From Vulcanimicrobiaceae bacterium (GTDB lineage: Bacteria > Acidobacteriota > Terriglobia > Acidiferrales > UBA7541): a DNA stretch of 64,000 nucleotides. Below are positions 1 to 9,986 of this stretch, piece by piece; the first letter of the stretch is position 1; each line of letters opens with the position of its first letter. Location of the stretch: NCBI GenBank assembly GCA_035504455.1, contig DATJRU010000158.1:5600-69599 (forward strand). Direction: 5' to 3'. Made by a program: the position numbers and the translations under genes. The notes under the pieces are model-generated. The model worked only from the letters and a program-made list of their open reading frames with translations. It was not told where the DNA came from and did not search any database.

Positions 1-364
1 GATCTTCGACGCCGTTGTCGACCAACAGCGGATCCGAATGAAGCCGCTCCGCGCGGTACTTGTCCCTTTTCGCGAGTGCCTCCGGCTTGTACGGAATCGC
101 GCCTCCTTCGACGACGCCTACTCCCGCAGGCTCGGCCAGGTAGACCCCGACGAGCTTGGGGTAGGGAGCCGGCTGCGCTCCGTGTTCCTCGATGTCCCAA
201 TTCGCGGTGTTCATCGTCTGCCAGATGCCGCTCAAGTCTGGCTGGCCGTATGTATTCGGCTTGGCTCGATAGGCGACGGCGGATTGAACGCCCGCCGCCC
301 CGCCGAAGAGGACAGCAGCCAGCGAGACAATTCCAAGCGACTTTGCAAGACCGGTTCGTTTCAT
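1..364 (-). CDS. hypothetical secreted protein, N-terminal part only (gene runs off the left edge)
   Basis: Not in the ORF track because it is open at the window edge. My minus-strand translation from the ATG at 364-362 gives MKRTGLAKSLGIVSLAAVLFGGAAGVQSAVAYRAKPNTYGQPDLSGIWQTMN..., which has a signal-peptide-like start. It shares a GxPD(L/I)xG(I/V)WQ motif with the 872-2173 product. Confidence 0.5.
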   Translation of the reverse strand, partial: MKRTGLAKSLGIVSLAAVLFGGAAGVQSAVAYRAKPNTYGQPDLSGIWQTMNTANWDIEEHGAQPAPYPKLVGVYLAEPAGVGVVEGGAIPYKPEALAKRDKYRAERLHSDPLLVDNGVED

Positions 365-395
365 GGACGCCATTCTTAGGGTCGGTCCGGGATTA

Positions 396-830
396 TCATT
401 TCTCAGACGGATCCTTGCCATCCTTCGGAGCTCCCGTGCCGGAGGAACCGACGAAGAGCGTTCGTCCATCGGGATAGGTGATCGAGCGCGCGTTCGCCCG
501 ATATGCGACGCCCTTGGCGAGGAAGCCTTCGACGACAACGGCCGTGCCGGGCTTCAGGTAATCCTTCGTAAATCCGCGACGAATCAAGGCACCCGGGCCT
601 CCTCCTTCAAACGCCCAGTGCTGGACTTGCCCGTCAGGGCCCTTGGCGTCGACGAAAATCCAGGAATGCGGGTTCGTCCATTCCAGGCGAACGATCACTC
701 CCTGGACCTTGACCGGCTTGGTTGCGTCGAACTCCGCGGCAAAAGCGTGATGGGCTCGCGCCGGCATACTGCTCACTAACGTCGCAGCCGCGAATGCAAT
801 CCATGTGAGGAGCGCTCGACTTGTTCTCAT
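396..830 (-). CDS. small secreted protein, DUF6152-like
   Basis: From ORF 396..875. The internal Met at 830 gives a signal peptide MRTSRALLTWIAFAAATLVSSMPARA, followed by HHAFAAEFD. The family name is from memory of this N-terminal motif and is not verified. Confidence 0.55.
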   Translation of the reverse strand: MRTSRALLTWIAFAAATLVSSMPARAHHAFAAEFDATKPVKVQGVIVRLEWTNPHSWIFVDAKGPDGQVQHWAFEGGGPGALIRRGFTKDYLKPGTAVVVEGFLAKGVAYRANARSITYPDGRTLFVGSSGTGAPKDGKDPSEK

Positions 831-871
831 AAAAGGGCCCTTTCGTGATTTCGCATCGCTCGAGGCTCGCG

Positions 872-2173
872 TCATTTTGCGGAGCCCGAGCTATTTTTCG
901 CGGCATCTTGCTTTGCCGCGGCCATTGCCTGTTTTTTCAGTTGCTCGAACCGCGGCTTGCGCTCGTCCACGGAATCTTCTCCGTTCTGCAGCGAGTTCTC
1001 CTCGTCCGCGCGCGCGTTTGCCAGCGAATTCGCTAAATCCTTCGGGTCCTCCTGGCAGATCGTGGTGACGCCGGCGTAGGAATCGCTTTTGCGCAGGACG
1101 TGCCGCACCGTGTAAGGCTCAACGTAAACCGCCGGATCGTCGATCGTGTATTCGTATTCGAGCGTGTCGGCGTCGATCCGCGTGAATCGCTCGGTTACGT
1201 CGAGGGTCTCGCCGGACCCCGGGTACATCGCGCCGCCGTAATTTGGTATTACGGGCGAGCCGAAGGTGATGTTCCGGATGTCGACGACCAGCGTATTGCC
1301 TTCCCAATGGCCGCGCGCGTCGCCCAACCACTCGCGAATCTCGGAGCCGAGATGCGGCTTGCCATCCAACGGAACGATGCGGTATTCGGGCTTTTCTCCC
1401 AGAACGAACGCCACGTAGCCGGGCGACTGAATGATTTCCCTCACCGGACCGGAAGAGGCGTTCGTGCCGTAGCCGTCGCCGAGTTCCACGTCCTCTCCGA
1501 AGCCTGGATCGGGCCTTCCGGGTGACGTAGCGCTCGCGCCGCCGAATCCCATGCCCCAGTTCGTCACCTCGGCCTCGGTGACTGGAGCGATGCAGCGGGT
1601 GTTGAGATTCATGTCGTCGGGAGTGTCGGTCTCGCCGTGGCCTTTCGTGGCCGCTTCTCGCGCTTCCCAATACTGGATTTGTTGCGTCGTCCATGCGGGC
1701 AGGCGGCCGTTGTCCGGATCGATGATGGCGGAGGTGTACTTCGAGATGTGCGGCGTCGCTTCGGTATCGGAATATTCGAAGATCGCGTTGTAATTCGGCA
1801 CGGCGCGGAAACCCTCGTGCTCTACTTTGCCGGCGGCGACGAGGGCGCGTTTTTCCTTGCCTTTGGCTTCGGCCTTGGCGACTCTGTCCGCGATCTCGGC
1901 ATCGGTGTAGAACTTTTTATTCACGCCGAGGGGACGCTCGAGCGGCACCGTCTCGAAGCCCTGCCAGACGCCCTCGATATCGGGGTCGCCCCACTTGGTG
2001 CGCGGCTGCGTCCACGCCTTGCGCGCTGCGTGGGCGTGAGCTGCGGGCGGCTTTTGGGCATTCGTTTGAGCGCGCGACGACGCCGGCGCGAAAAGAATCG
2101 CGCAGCAGACAATGAAGGGGAGGGCGGCGGTTAGGCCGGGACCGCGACGCGGTCCGAGGAGTCGGGCGTTCAC
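872..2173 (-). CDS. hypothetical secreted protein
   Basis: From ORF 872..2341. A hydrophobic signal-like segment LTAALPFIVCCAILFAPASSRAQ follows a GTG at 2173, and the ORF's upstream extension looks non-coding. The start is uncertain. It abuts the 396-830 gene (872 vs 875 in the raw ORFs). Confidence 0.55.
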   Translation of the reverse strand: MNARLLGPRRGPGLTAALPFIVCCAILFAPASSRAQTNAQKPPAAHAHAARKAWTQPRTKWGDPDIEGVWQGFETVPLERPLGVNKKFYTDAEIADRVAKAEAKGKEKRALVAAGKVEHEGFRAVPNYNAIFEYSDTEATPHISKYTSAIIDPDNGRLPAWTTQQIQYWEAREAATKGHGETDTPDDMNLNTRCIAPVTEAEVTNWGMGFGGASATSPGRPDPGFGEDVELGDGYGTNASSGPVREIIQSPGYVAFVLGEKPEYRIVPLDGKPHLGSEIREWLGDARGHWEGNTLVVDIRNITFGSPVIPNYGGAMYPGSGETLDVTERFTRIDADTLEYEYTIDDPAVYVEPYTVRHVLRKSDSYAGVTTICQEDPKDLANSLANARADEENSLQNGEDSVDERKPRFEQLKKQAMAAAKQDAAKNSSGSAK

Positions 2174-2397
2174 CAGTGCATTCGGCACGTCCTTCGCACT
2201 GGCGCGCGCGCCTCGAAATGGTGCTGTGGGATTTCCGGCTGGCAAGACGAGAAGCTGACTCGGAGTGCGTCGGCGGCAAAAGCAAAACGCTGCGAGTCCC
2301 GAGCCCCAAGTCTCATAAGGGCGCCAGACTAAGTGCAGCACGAGTTTTTGTCAAGTTCGCCGGCTCATTTTCGAATCGATCGTCTTCCGCCCGCCGC

Positions 2398-3564
2398 CTA
2401 GAAGAGCGGAAGGCCAGTGAGGATTCTCCCGACGAAATCGCGAAGGTGATCGGCGGTGGGCGCCATCACGAAGCCGGCTCTCGCATCGCGGAACAGGCGT
2501 TCGATCGGGAATTGGCGCGAAAAGGCCGCCCCGCCGCAAGCCTTCATCGCAAGATCCGTAACGTCGATCGCGGCTTCGATCGACGCGAGCCGCGTCTGCA
2601 GCACGAAAAGCTCCGTCGCGTCGGACGGGCTTTCGATTTGGCCGAGCGCGCTCTGCAGCAAAGCACGCGCCTGCTCGGTCCGGAGACTCATTTCGGCCAA
2701 GCGCGCGCGCAGCGTCGGCAGGTCGCGAAGTCCACTGCTGGTGTGCGCAAAACTCGTTCGGCGAAAATGTTCGGCGGTTGCCGATGTCGCGGCGCGGCAT
2801 AGTCCATTGGCCATCGCGGCCGTGCCGATGGCGAACCACGGCAGCACCACGAAGTGCATGGCGGTCGCGCCCTCGCCGAGCGGCGTAAGCAGGTCGCCCT
2901 CGGCAACATGAGCTTGCTCGAATATTACGGCTGCGGAGTCGTTTCCTCGCAGGCCGAGGCCGTCGAAGTTGCCCTCGACCCGCACGCCCGGATTCGTGCA
3001 GTCGATCAAGTAGAGCGCCGACTCCAGCGGAGAAGCGGCCCCTGGCTTTTGCGAGCTGGCGACGTAGGAATCCGCGTGGCGCGCGGAAGTGACCCAGGAC
3101 TTCTGCGCGGATGCCGCGAAGCCTCCGGAGTTTTGCGTCAGCGTCGAGACCGGCGCCCAGAATTGCGAACGCGAGCCACGCTCGGAAAATGCAAGCGTCG
3201 TCAGGTGCTTGCCCGCGGCGATTTGCCGCAGCACGTCGTCTTTTCGCTTGAACGTGCTCGAGGCCGCGATCGCCTGCGCGGCCGCAACGTGCATCACGAA
3301 GACCATGGCGGCCGAGCTGCAGCCTTGCGCGATCTCTTCGACCACTGCGGCGAATTGGCGCGGCCCCTGGCCCGCCCCGCCGAATTCCTTCGCAACGCAC
3401 AGGCCGAGGAAACCTGCCTCGGCGAGCGCGGCCATGCTTTCCTTCGGAAACCGCGCGTTGGCATCCACGTCGGCCGCATGCGCGTTCAACACATCCGCTC
3501 TGATAGCAGCCGCGCGATTGCGAAGATCCGTTTCGCTCGCCGGAACAGCTTGGGTTGCAGGCAT
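2398..3564 (-). CDS. acyl-CoA dehydrogenase family protein
   Basis: 388 aa. N-terminal FPKESMAALAEAGFLGLCVAKEFGGAG, and the overall length and layout, are typical of ACAD-fold flavoproteins. Confidence 0.8.
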   Translation of the reverse strand: MPATQAVPASETDLRNRAAAIRADVLNAHAADVDANARFPKESMAALAEAGFLGLCVAKEFGGAGQGPRQFAAVVEEIAQGCSSAAMVFVMHVAAAQAIAASSTFKRKDDVLRQIAAGKHLTTLAFSERGSRSQFWAPVSTLTQNSGGFAASAQKSWVTSARHADSYVASSQKPGAASPLESALYLIDCTNPGVRVEGNFDGLGLRGNDSAAVIFEQAHVAEGDLLTPLGEGATAMHFVVLPWFAIGTAAMANGLCRAATSATAEHFRRTSFAHTSSGLRDLPTLRARLAEMSLRTEQARALLQSALGQIESPSDATELFVLQTRLASIEAAIDVTDLAMKACGGAAFSRQFPIERLFRDARAGFVMAPTADHLRDFVGRILTGLPLF

Positions 3565-3704
3565 CCGCGTTCTCCTTTGCGTGGGTTAGGTGTTTAGCAG
3601 AATGCGAGCGCGCGAGGCAAGTCGTACAACGCTCTCTTCTGAGGGACACAAATGCAGCTGCTTGTCGGGCAGCATGTTGAATGGAGTTTCTGCGGAGGAA
3701 GTTA

Positions 3705-3778
3705 TGGAGCGGGCGATGGGAATCGAACCCACGTCCGAAGCTTGGGAAGCTTCTATTCTGCCATTGAACTACGCCCGC
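3705..3778 (-). tRNA. tRNA-Gly (anticodon CCC)
   Basis: The reverse complement reads GCGGGCGTAGTTCAATGGCAGAATAGAAGCTTCCCAAGCTTCGGACGTGGGTTCGATTCCCATCGCCCGCTCCA. It is a 74-nt cloverleaf with anticodon loop TTCCCAA, T-loop GGTTCGATTCC and an encoded CCA. Confidence 0.9.
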
Positions 3779-4158
3779 TCACGGTTGCAGCATCCTGAAT
3801 ATACACTACGGCGCGGCCGGCGTGAAGCTCGCCGGTCCTGCTGCGGCGCTCGCAAAAATCAGAAGCGCCCTATATTTTTTCGCATCTGCGATTCCCATAT
3901 GCAGCAAGAGAAAGGCCAAGACTCAGGCGAGGCCGCGTTCCCTCCTGAAAACGCGGCCTCGTGCCCCTTCGCCCCAGCGAATGGAGCCTTTCGTCCCCCG
4001 CACGCGTTCTCCGCCTCGATTGCGACGTCCATACAGCGCGGCAGCTTCAGGTTCTTGCGCGCCTTTACACTTCCTGACAATCGGCTGCAATTCGTCGAGC
4101 CCATCTCAAGCAAGGGCCCGGATGTTTGACGGGCCTATTTTGAGTGAGGAGGGTTCAC

Positions 4159-4737
4159 ATGACACGCTTCGGAATCATCACGATGGCGGTATTCGCGCTG
4201 GGCTTCACTGCGACGGCGCAAACATCCACGAGCGCCCAGGCGGGAACATCCACGCAGGTGCAGGCGAATTCGCCGGCAAACGCCTCGGCGAACGTTTCGC
4301 AGCAAAGTCAATTACAGGCGGGGGCCGGCAGGAACGGCGCGTCCGCTTCTTCAGCGACGGCGGCGCAGGGCTCTGTTTCCGCCAACGCTGCGGTGAGCAA
4401 GCCGAATATTCAGCCCGCCACGCAAGCAGTCTCGGCCACGAAGCAGAAGGCGCAGTCGGCGGCACACAGCACCGCCGGCGCAGCAGGTTCGGCGTTCGCT
4501 ACATCAACGAGCAAGGCCGCAAACCTCGGGGCCGAAGGCATGACGAGCGGGCAATCGGCGGTCACGCACGGAGTTGGTTCGACGCGTGGTGGTCTGGGTG
4601 GGTTCAGTTCCGGCGACCAGTTTGGTTCCGGCTTTTCCGGCGGCGCCGGCGGAACTGGGGCCAGTGGCTCTCTCGGCGGAGGACTGGATGCTGCAGGTTC
4701 GTCGCTTGGCGGGCATAGCGGGAGCCGTAGACGCTAA
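4159..4737 (+). CDS. low-complexity (Ser/Thr/Ala/Gly-rich) secreted protein
   Basis: From ORF 4144..4737. The ATG at 4159 is preceded by GGAGGG. Signal peptide MTRFGIITMAVFALGFTATAQ. The rest is STAGQ-rich and ends in GG-rich repeats. Confidence 0.6.
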   Translation: MTRFGIITMAVFALGFTATAQTSTSAQAGTSTQVQANSPANASANVSQQSQLQAGAGRNGASASSATAAQGSVSANAAVSKPNIQPATQAVSATKQKAQSAAHSTAGAAGSAFATSTSKAANLGAEGMTSGQSAVTHGVGSTRGGLGGFSSGDQFGSGFSGGAGGTGASGSLGGGLDAAGSSLGGHSGSRRR

Positions 4738-4834
4738 GAAACTAGCGAAGAAAGAGGCACCGGCCACGCGGCGCACGATTCGGAGCGCCGCGCGGCCAGC
4801 GTTTTTTCAGGCCGTGCCTCGAATGTGCCCTCGG

Positions 4835-5341
4835 CTACTTTATTTCGGGATAGTCGAGAAAATAGCGATGCAGGTCGGCCACCGTCATTTGGCCCTTGCG
4901 GACTCGGATCGCAGTGGGATTCGCGCCTCCGGATAAGGTAACCCAAACCGTGTCGCCGGCGCGCAGATCAGAGAGCTTGAGCGGTTTGCCGTTCTCGTCG
5001 AGGTACTGAGTCTTCGGTGTGGTGTTCAGCAACTCGGTGACTTCGTCCGGCCGCTTCAGCAGGATCTCGGCCTTCTGTTGATCGAGCGACGCAATGATGA
5101 AGAACTGCTCGCCCTTTTCGGTGGTCTTGGCGGTTTCCACTTTCGTGCTTGCCGGGACCTGCGGCGCAGCCTGCGGGTGCATGCCCATCTGGCCGTGTGG
5201 GCGCATCGCCCCGGGGGCGCCTGGCGGGGGCGTCTGGGCCTGAGCGCGCGCAATGATCGGGCAGGACGCGCCGAGCAGCAAAGCGAAAGCCGAAGCTGCC
5301 AGCCACGATGCGCACGCGGAGATTTTGTGGATGCTATTCAT
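4835..5341 (-). CDS. hypothetical secreted protein, translationally coupled to the upstream permease gene
   Basis: From ORF 4835..5533. The internal start MNSIHKISACASWLAASAFALLLGASCPIIARAQ is signal-like. Its ATG overlaps the permease stop as ATGAATAG (5334-5341). Confidence 0.6.
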   Translation of the reverse strand: MNSIHKISACASWLAASAFALLLGASCPIIARAQAQTPPPGAPGAMRPHGQMGMHPQAAPQVPASTKVETAKTTEKGEQFFIIASLDQQKAEILLKRPDEVTELLNTTPKTQYLDENGKPLKLSDLRAGDTVWVTLSGGANPTAIRVRKGQMTVADLHRYFLDYPEIK

Positions 5342-6551
5342 ATCGAAGAGCCTCGATGGGGTCGAGCCGGGCAGCCCGGCGCGCCGGATAATAGCCGAAC
5401 ACAATGCCAACGCCGGCGGAGAACACGACGGCGACGACGACGGACAGCAGGGAAACAACAGTGGTCCAGTGCAACACGTTTGAGATGATCGCCGAGGCGA
5501 CCATTCCCAGCACGATGCCCGCGATCCCGCCAAGCGAGCTCAACACCAGCGCCTCGCTCAGAAACTGCGCCTGCACGTCTTCTTCAGTCGCGCCGACGGC
5601 CATGCGGACGCCGATCTCGCGGGTCCGCTCGGTGACGGAGACGAGCATGATATTCATGATGCCGATTCCGCCCACCAGGAGCGAAATCGACGCGATGCTG
5701 CCGAGGAGCAGCGTCATCACCAGAGAAGTAGCTTCGGCGGCTTGCGCCATTTCGTTCGGGCTGCGGATGATGAAGTCGTCGTCCTCGGTCGGGCGCAGAT
5801 GGTGCCGTTGGCGGAGAAGGGAAGAGATGCTGGTCTGGACCTGCCCCATCGCTTGCTGCGACGTGATTCCGACCATGATCATCTGCAGCCAGCTGATTCC
5901 TGAAATCTTCTTCTGCACGGTGGTGTAGGGCATGATCATCATGTCGTCCTGATCCTGCCCGTTGGAGTTTTGCCCTTTCGAGATCAGCACTCCGAGAACG
6001 CGGAAAGGCAGATTCTGCACGCGGATCATCTGGCCCACGGGATCCTGGTCGCCGAAGAGTTGCTGCGCGACGGTACTGCCGAGCACGCAGACGTTGGCGG
6101 CCATGTCGACGTCCCGCTCGGCGAACATGCTCCCTTGCGCGACGGGCCAGTTGCGAATCTGCGTGATGTCCGCGGAAGTTCCGTTGGCTCGCGTGAGCCA
6201 GTTCTGGTTGCCGTTCACGACCTGCACGGAGGCGCCGACGATGGGAGAAATCATGGTGACGTTCGGCACGTGCTGGAGGATCGCGTCGGCGTCGTCATTC
6301 ACCAGCGTCTTCGTCGCGCCGTTGCCCATGCGCACCCCGCCGGTATTCACGCTGCCGGCGAAGACCATGATGATGTTGTCGCCCAGAGACTGAATCTGCT
6401 GCTGCACCTGAGCGGTCGCGCCCTGGCCGATCGCCACGGTGCAAATCACGGCGCCGACGCCGATGATGATGCCGAGCATCGTCAGGATCGTTCGCAGCTT
6501 GTTTCGCGCGAGCGCCCGGAGCGCCACACGAATGACTTCTCTCGGGTTCAT
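5334..6551 (-). CDS. ABC transporter permease, MacB/FtsX type
   Basis: 405 aa. N-terminus MNPREVIRVALRALARNKLRTILTMLGIIIGVGAV, followed by a large periplasmic domain and a C-terminal FtsX-like 3-TM block ending ARRAARLDPIEALRYE. Confidence 0.85.
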   Translation of the reverse strand: MNPREVIRVALRALARNKLRTILTMLGIIIGVGAVICTVAIGQGATAQVQQQIQSLGDNIIMVFAGSVNTGGVRMGNGATKTLVNDDADAILQHVPNVTMISPIVGASVQVVNGNQNWLTRANGTSADITQIRNWPVAQGSMFAERDVDMAANVCVLGSTVAQQLFGDQDPVGQMIRVQNLPFRVLGVLISKGQNSNGQDQDDMMIMPYTTVQKKISGISWLQMIMVGITSQQAMGQVQTSISSLLRQRHHLRPTEDDDFIIRSPNEMAQAAEATSLVMTLLLGSIASISLLVGGIGIMNIMLVSVTERTREIGVRMAVGATEEDVQAQFLSEALVLSSLGGIAGIVLGMVASAIISNVLHWTTVVSLLSVVVAVVFSAGVGIVFGYYPARRAARLDPIEALRYE

Positions 6552-6605
6552 GTCCGCACCTCGTAACGCATTCGCACGTCCGTGCTAAGAGCCTACTCGC
6601 CGGGC

Positions 6606-7949
6606 TTACCGCGGCGGCCCGCCGCCTCCGCCGAAGCCGGGCGGCCGGACGTTGCCGTTCGCCGTGCCCTTCGCCTGCTCGGCGATCACGAGAGCATCAC
6701 CCTCGTGAAGATCTCCTTGGACGAGCTGCGTATTGTTGTAATCGGTGATGCCGACCTGGATGGGAACCGGGATCAACTGCTTCTTGTCGGGCCCAAGTTT
6801 CCACACCACCTGCCATCCGCCAAGGTGGGTCGAAGAGGCCTCGCGCGAGATGTTGTATTGCTTGTAGAGAGCCTGAATTTCTTTTGAGGGCAGCGCCGGC
6901 TTGAACGTGAGAGCCGGATTCGGAATTAGGAGCGCGTTCTGCGCATGCCCCGTCGGAATCGTGACGTAGGCGGTTTCACCGGGCAGCAGCTTTTCGTCCG
7001 GGTTGCTGAAGTCGATGATCGTGTTGTAGGTGACCACGTTCTGTACGGTTGTCGGATTCAGGCGTACGGTGCTCACGCGGCCGTGGAAAAGATCGGTCGG
7101 AAAAGCGTCCACCTGAAAGGTTACGGGAGCGCCGACTTTAATGTTGCCCGTGTCCGATTCGTCGGTTGCCGCGTAGACCTGCATCCGAGTGAGGTCCTGC
7201 GCAACGGTGAAAACCTGCGGCGCCTGCAGGGTTGCGGCCACGGATTGGCCGACGTCGACGTTGCGCGCGACCACGGTGCCATCGATCGGGGAAATAATGG
7301 TCGTGTACTTCAGACTTGTCTCGGCAGCTTTCAGTGCGCCTTCCATCGAGGTGACTTGCGTCCTCGCCTGCGCGAGCGTGGCCTTCGCTTGATCCAGCTC
7401 AGCCTGTGCGGAGGCTACATCCGCTTGTGCCTGCCCGAGGGTTGATTGCGTCAGCTCATTCGAGTCAGCGGAGACGATGCCAGAGGTATAGAGGTCCTGC
7501 GAACGCTTTGCGGTCGCCTGTTCGTACTTGACGTTGGCCAGCACCTTCTCCAGGGCGGCTTCGTCCACCTGGACGTTGGCGGCCAGGGTGACGAGATTTG
7601 CCTGGGCGTTTTCCAGGTTGCCCCGGGCTTGCGTCACCTGCGCTTCGTAGATCGCCGGATCGAGCTGAGCCAGCACCTGGCCGCTGTGCACCCGGGTGTT
7701 GTAGTCAGCGAAGATGTACTCGACCGTCCCGGATACGTAGGAGCCAACCGGCACGGTGGTGAGAGCGTTGATCGTCCCCGTGGCCTGCACGCTGGCGGTG
7801 ATATTGCCCATACGGACTTCGGACGTCGTAAACTTCGGATCGTTCGAATGGCTCCTGACGTACGCCCAGCCGGCGATCACCACAACCAGAACAGCCGCAC
7901 CGATCAGGTACAGCTTTTTGTGCTGTTGGTAAGATTCTTTTAGCGACAT
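6606..7949 (-). CDS. efflux RND/HlyD-family periplasmic adaptor (MacA-like)
   Basis: From ORF 6606..8108. The Met at 7949 (MSLKESYQQHKKLYLIGAAVLVVVIAG) is preceded by GAGG. Membrane anchor, long coiled-coil hairpin (QVTQARGNLENAQANL...) and beta-barrel regions. Confidence 0.8.
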   Translation of the reverse strand: MSLKESYQQHKKLYLIGAAVLVVVIAGWAYVRSHSNDPKFTTSEVRMGNITASVQATGTINALTTVPVGSYVSGTVEYIFADYNTRVHSGQVLAQLDPAIYEAQVTQARGNLENAQANLVTLAANVQVDEAALEKVLANVKYEQATAKRSQDLYTSGIVSADSNELTQSTLGQAQADVASAQAELDQAKATLAQARTQVTSMEGALKAAETSLKYTTIISPIDGTVVARNVDVGQSVAATLQAPQVFTVAQDLTRMQVYAATDESDTGNIKVGAPVTFQVDAFPTDLFHGRVSTVRLNPTTVQNVVTYNTIIDFSNPDEKLLPGETAYVTIPTGHAQNALLIPNPALTFKPALPSKEIQALYKQYNISREASSTHLGGWQVVWKLGPDKKQLIPVPIQVGITDYNNTQLVQGDLHEGDALVIAEQAKGTANGNVRPPGFGGGGGPPR

Positions 7950-8147
7950 TAACCTCTGCCTTCGGGGTTGGCGGCTGCAACCTAGCGGAAACCTGTCTAG
8001 CTTGTTCGACCCGCCTTGCGAACCATCACAGTTAAAGACGCATGGCCGGCCCAATTGGTTTCTCGCCTTAGGCTTGGACATGATCGCCGAACCGGCGACC
8101 GGAGCCAAGCCATGTTAGAGTGAGCGCTCGACTCTCAAGGAGGGGAA

Positions 8148-9602
8148 GTGGCGTATCGCGATCTGCGGGACTTTGTGCGCAAGCTGGAAAAAGCGGGCGA
8201 ACTCAAGCGCGTTTCGGCCGAAGTGGACCCCGTGCTGGAAATCACGGAGATTTCCGACCGTACGGTGAAGCGCGGCGGACCTGCCTTGTTGTTCGAGCGC
8301 CCCAAGGGATCGCGGTTTGCGGCGGTCACCAATTTAGTCGGTTCGGAGCGCCGCATGAACATGGCGCTGGAGGTCGATTCTTTAGACGAGGTCGCCGAGC
8401 GAATCTCGTCAATCCTGGATATGCAATCACCCCAGGGCATTCTCGACAAAGTGAAAATGCTGCCCAAGCTTGCCGAACTCGGGTCGGTTTTCCCAAAATT
8501 AGTGCGCAGCGGCGAATGCCAGGAAGTCGTTCGGACGGAAGGCTTCTCCCTGCTCGATTTTCCCATTCTGCAGTGCTGGCCCCAGGACGGCGGCCGCTAC
8601 ATCACCTGGCCCATGGTGATCACCAAGAATCCCGAGACGGGCAAGCGCAACGTAGGCTGCTACCGGATGCAGGTCTTCGATTCACGGACCACCGGCATGC
8701 ACTGGCAGACCCAGAAGCATGGCGCCGAGCACTATCGCAGCGCGCTCGCGAAAAATAAGGGAGGCAAGCTGGAAGTTGCCGTGGCGATCGGCGCCGATCC
8801 GGCCACCTGCCTGGGCGGCATCTTGCCTGTCCCGCCCGATATGGACGAGTTCATGTTTTCAGGCTTCTTGCGGCGCGAGCCGGTCGAACTGGTGGCCTGC
8901 AAGACGGTCGATCTCGAGGTTCCGGCCAATGCCGAGATCGTTCTCGAAGGCTACGTCGAACTGGGCGAAACGCGCATGGAAGGCCCTTTCGGTGACCATA
9001 CCGGCTTTTATTCCCTGGAGGGGCAGTATCCGGTTTTCCACATCCAGTGCATTACCCACCGCAAGGACCCTCTCTACCTCACCACGATTGTCGGCCCGCC
9101 TCCCCAGGAGGACTACTTCATCGGCCACGCCATCGAGCGGGTATTCCTGCCGGTCATGAAGATGCAGCACCCGGAGATCGTCGACGTGGCCATGCCGGCC
9201 GAGGGAATCTTCCAGAACCTGATGATCGTTTCCATCCGCAAGAGCTATCCAGGCCACGCCCGCAAAACGATGAACGCGATTTGGTCTCTCGGCCAGGCAA
9301 TGTTCACGAAAGTCGTCGTGATTGTCGACCACGACGTGAATGTGCAGGACCCCGGCGAAGTCGTATGGAAAGCGCTCTGTGCGATTGACCCGGAGCGCGA
9401 CATCCAATTCGTGATCGGACCTGTCGACACGCTCGATCATGCGGCTCGCCGTCAGGACTACGGCTCGAAAATGGGAATCGACGCCACGCGCAAGTGGCCC
9501 GAGGAAGGCTACACGGGGCGCTGGCCCGACGAAATCAAAATGGATTCTGCGACGAAGAAACGCATCGACGATCTGTGGGAGAAGTTGAAGCTCGATCGCT
9601 AG
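8148..9602 (+). CDS. ubiD: UbiD-family (prenyl-FMN dependent) decarboxylase
   Basis: 484 aa. GTG start after AGGAGG. MAYRDLRDFVRKLEKAGELKRVSAEVDPVLEITEI and the full length are typical of UbiD / menaquinone-biosynthesis decarboxylases. Confidence 0.85.
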   Translation: MAYRDLRDFVRKLEKAGELKRVSAEVDPVLEITEISDRTVKRGGPALLFERPKGSRFAAVTNLVGSERRMNMALEVDSLDEVAERISSILDMQSPQGILDKVKMLPKLAELGSVFPKLVRSGECQEVVRTEGFSLLDFPILQCWPQDGGRYITWPMVITKNPETGKRNVGCYRMQVFDSRTTGMHWQTQKHGAEHYRSALAKNKGGKLEVAVAIGADPATCLGGILPVPPDMDEFMFSGFLRREPVELVACKTVDLEVPANAEIVLEGYVELGETRMEGPFGDHTGFYSLEGQYPVFHIQCITHRKDPLYLTTIVGPPPQEDYFIGHAIERVFLPVMKMQHPEIVDVAMPAEGIFQNLMIVSIRKSYPGHARKTMNAIWSLGQAMFTKVVVIVDHDVNVQDPGEVVWKALCAIDPERDIQFVIGPVDTLDHAARRQDYGSKMGIDATRKWPEEGYTGRWPDEIKMDSATKKRIDDLWEKLKLDR

Positions 9603-9787
9603 TTTTCGCTTCCTTCCTGCGCAAGAACCGCCCCACCAGAACAAAAGGCAAAGGCGAATCCGCCCCCGGAACGCCCGTTCCGGTGCGGCAACAGTAAACC
9701 TCAGGCGAACCCCTTCCGGACGTAACCGGGTCCCTACCTGTACTTTGGGCGGGGTTTTACCAGAAGCACAAACTCGAAACATGTTGA

Positions 9788-9816
9788 TTGACAGTCTGTG
9801 TCGCGGGATGTGATAA
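9788..9816 (+). promoter_or_regulatory. candidate sigma70-type promoter upstream of pilM
   Basis: TTGACA (9788-9793), a 17-nt spacer, then TGATAA (9811-9816). It lies about 170 nt upstream of the pilM start. This is a pattern match only. Confidence 0.3.
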
Positions 9817-9986
9817 ACGGTCCACGGGGAGCGTACCGGTTCTATTAGTACTGAGGCTCATTCCGGGGTGTGGCAAGGCCGCGAGGCCGGGGCGAAAGAC
9901 AAACAAAGGTTCAGACGAACGCGTAGCAAAGGTGATGCGGATTCGTCCTGCGAGTTGGGACGAACTGAGGAGTGAGGGGCCGCACG

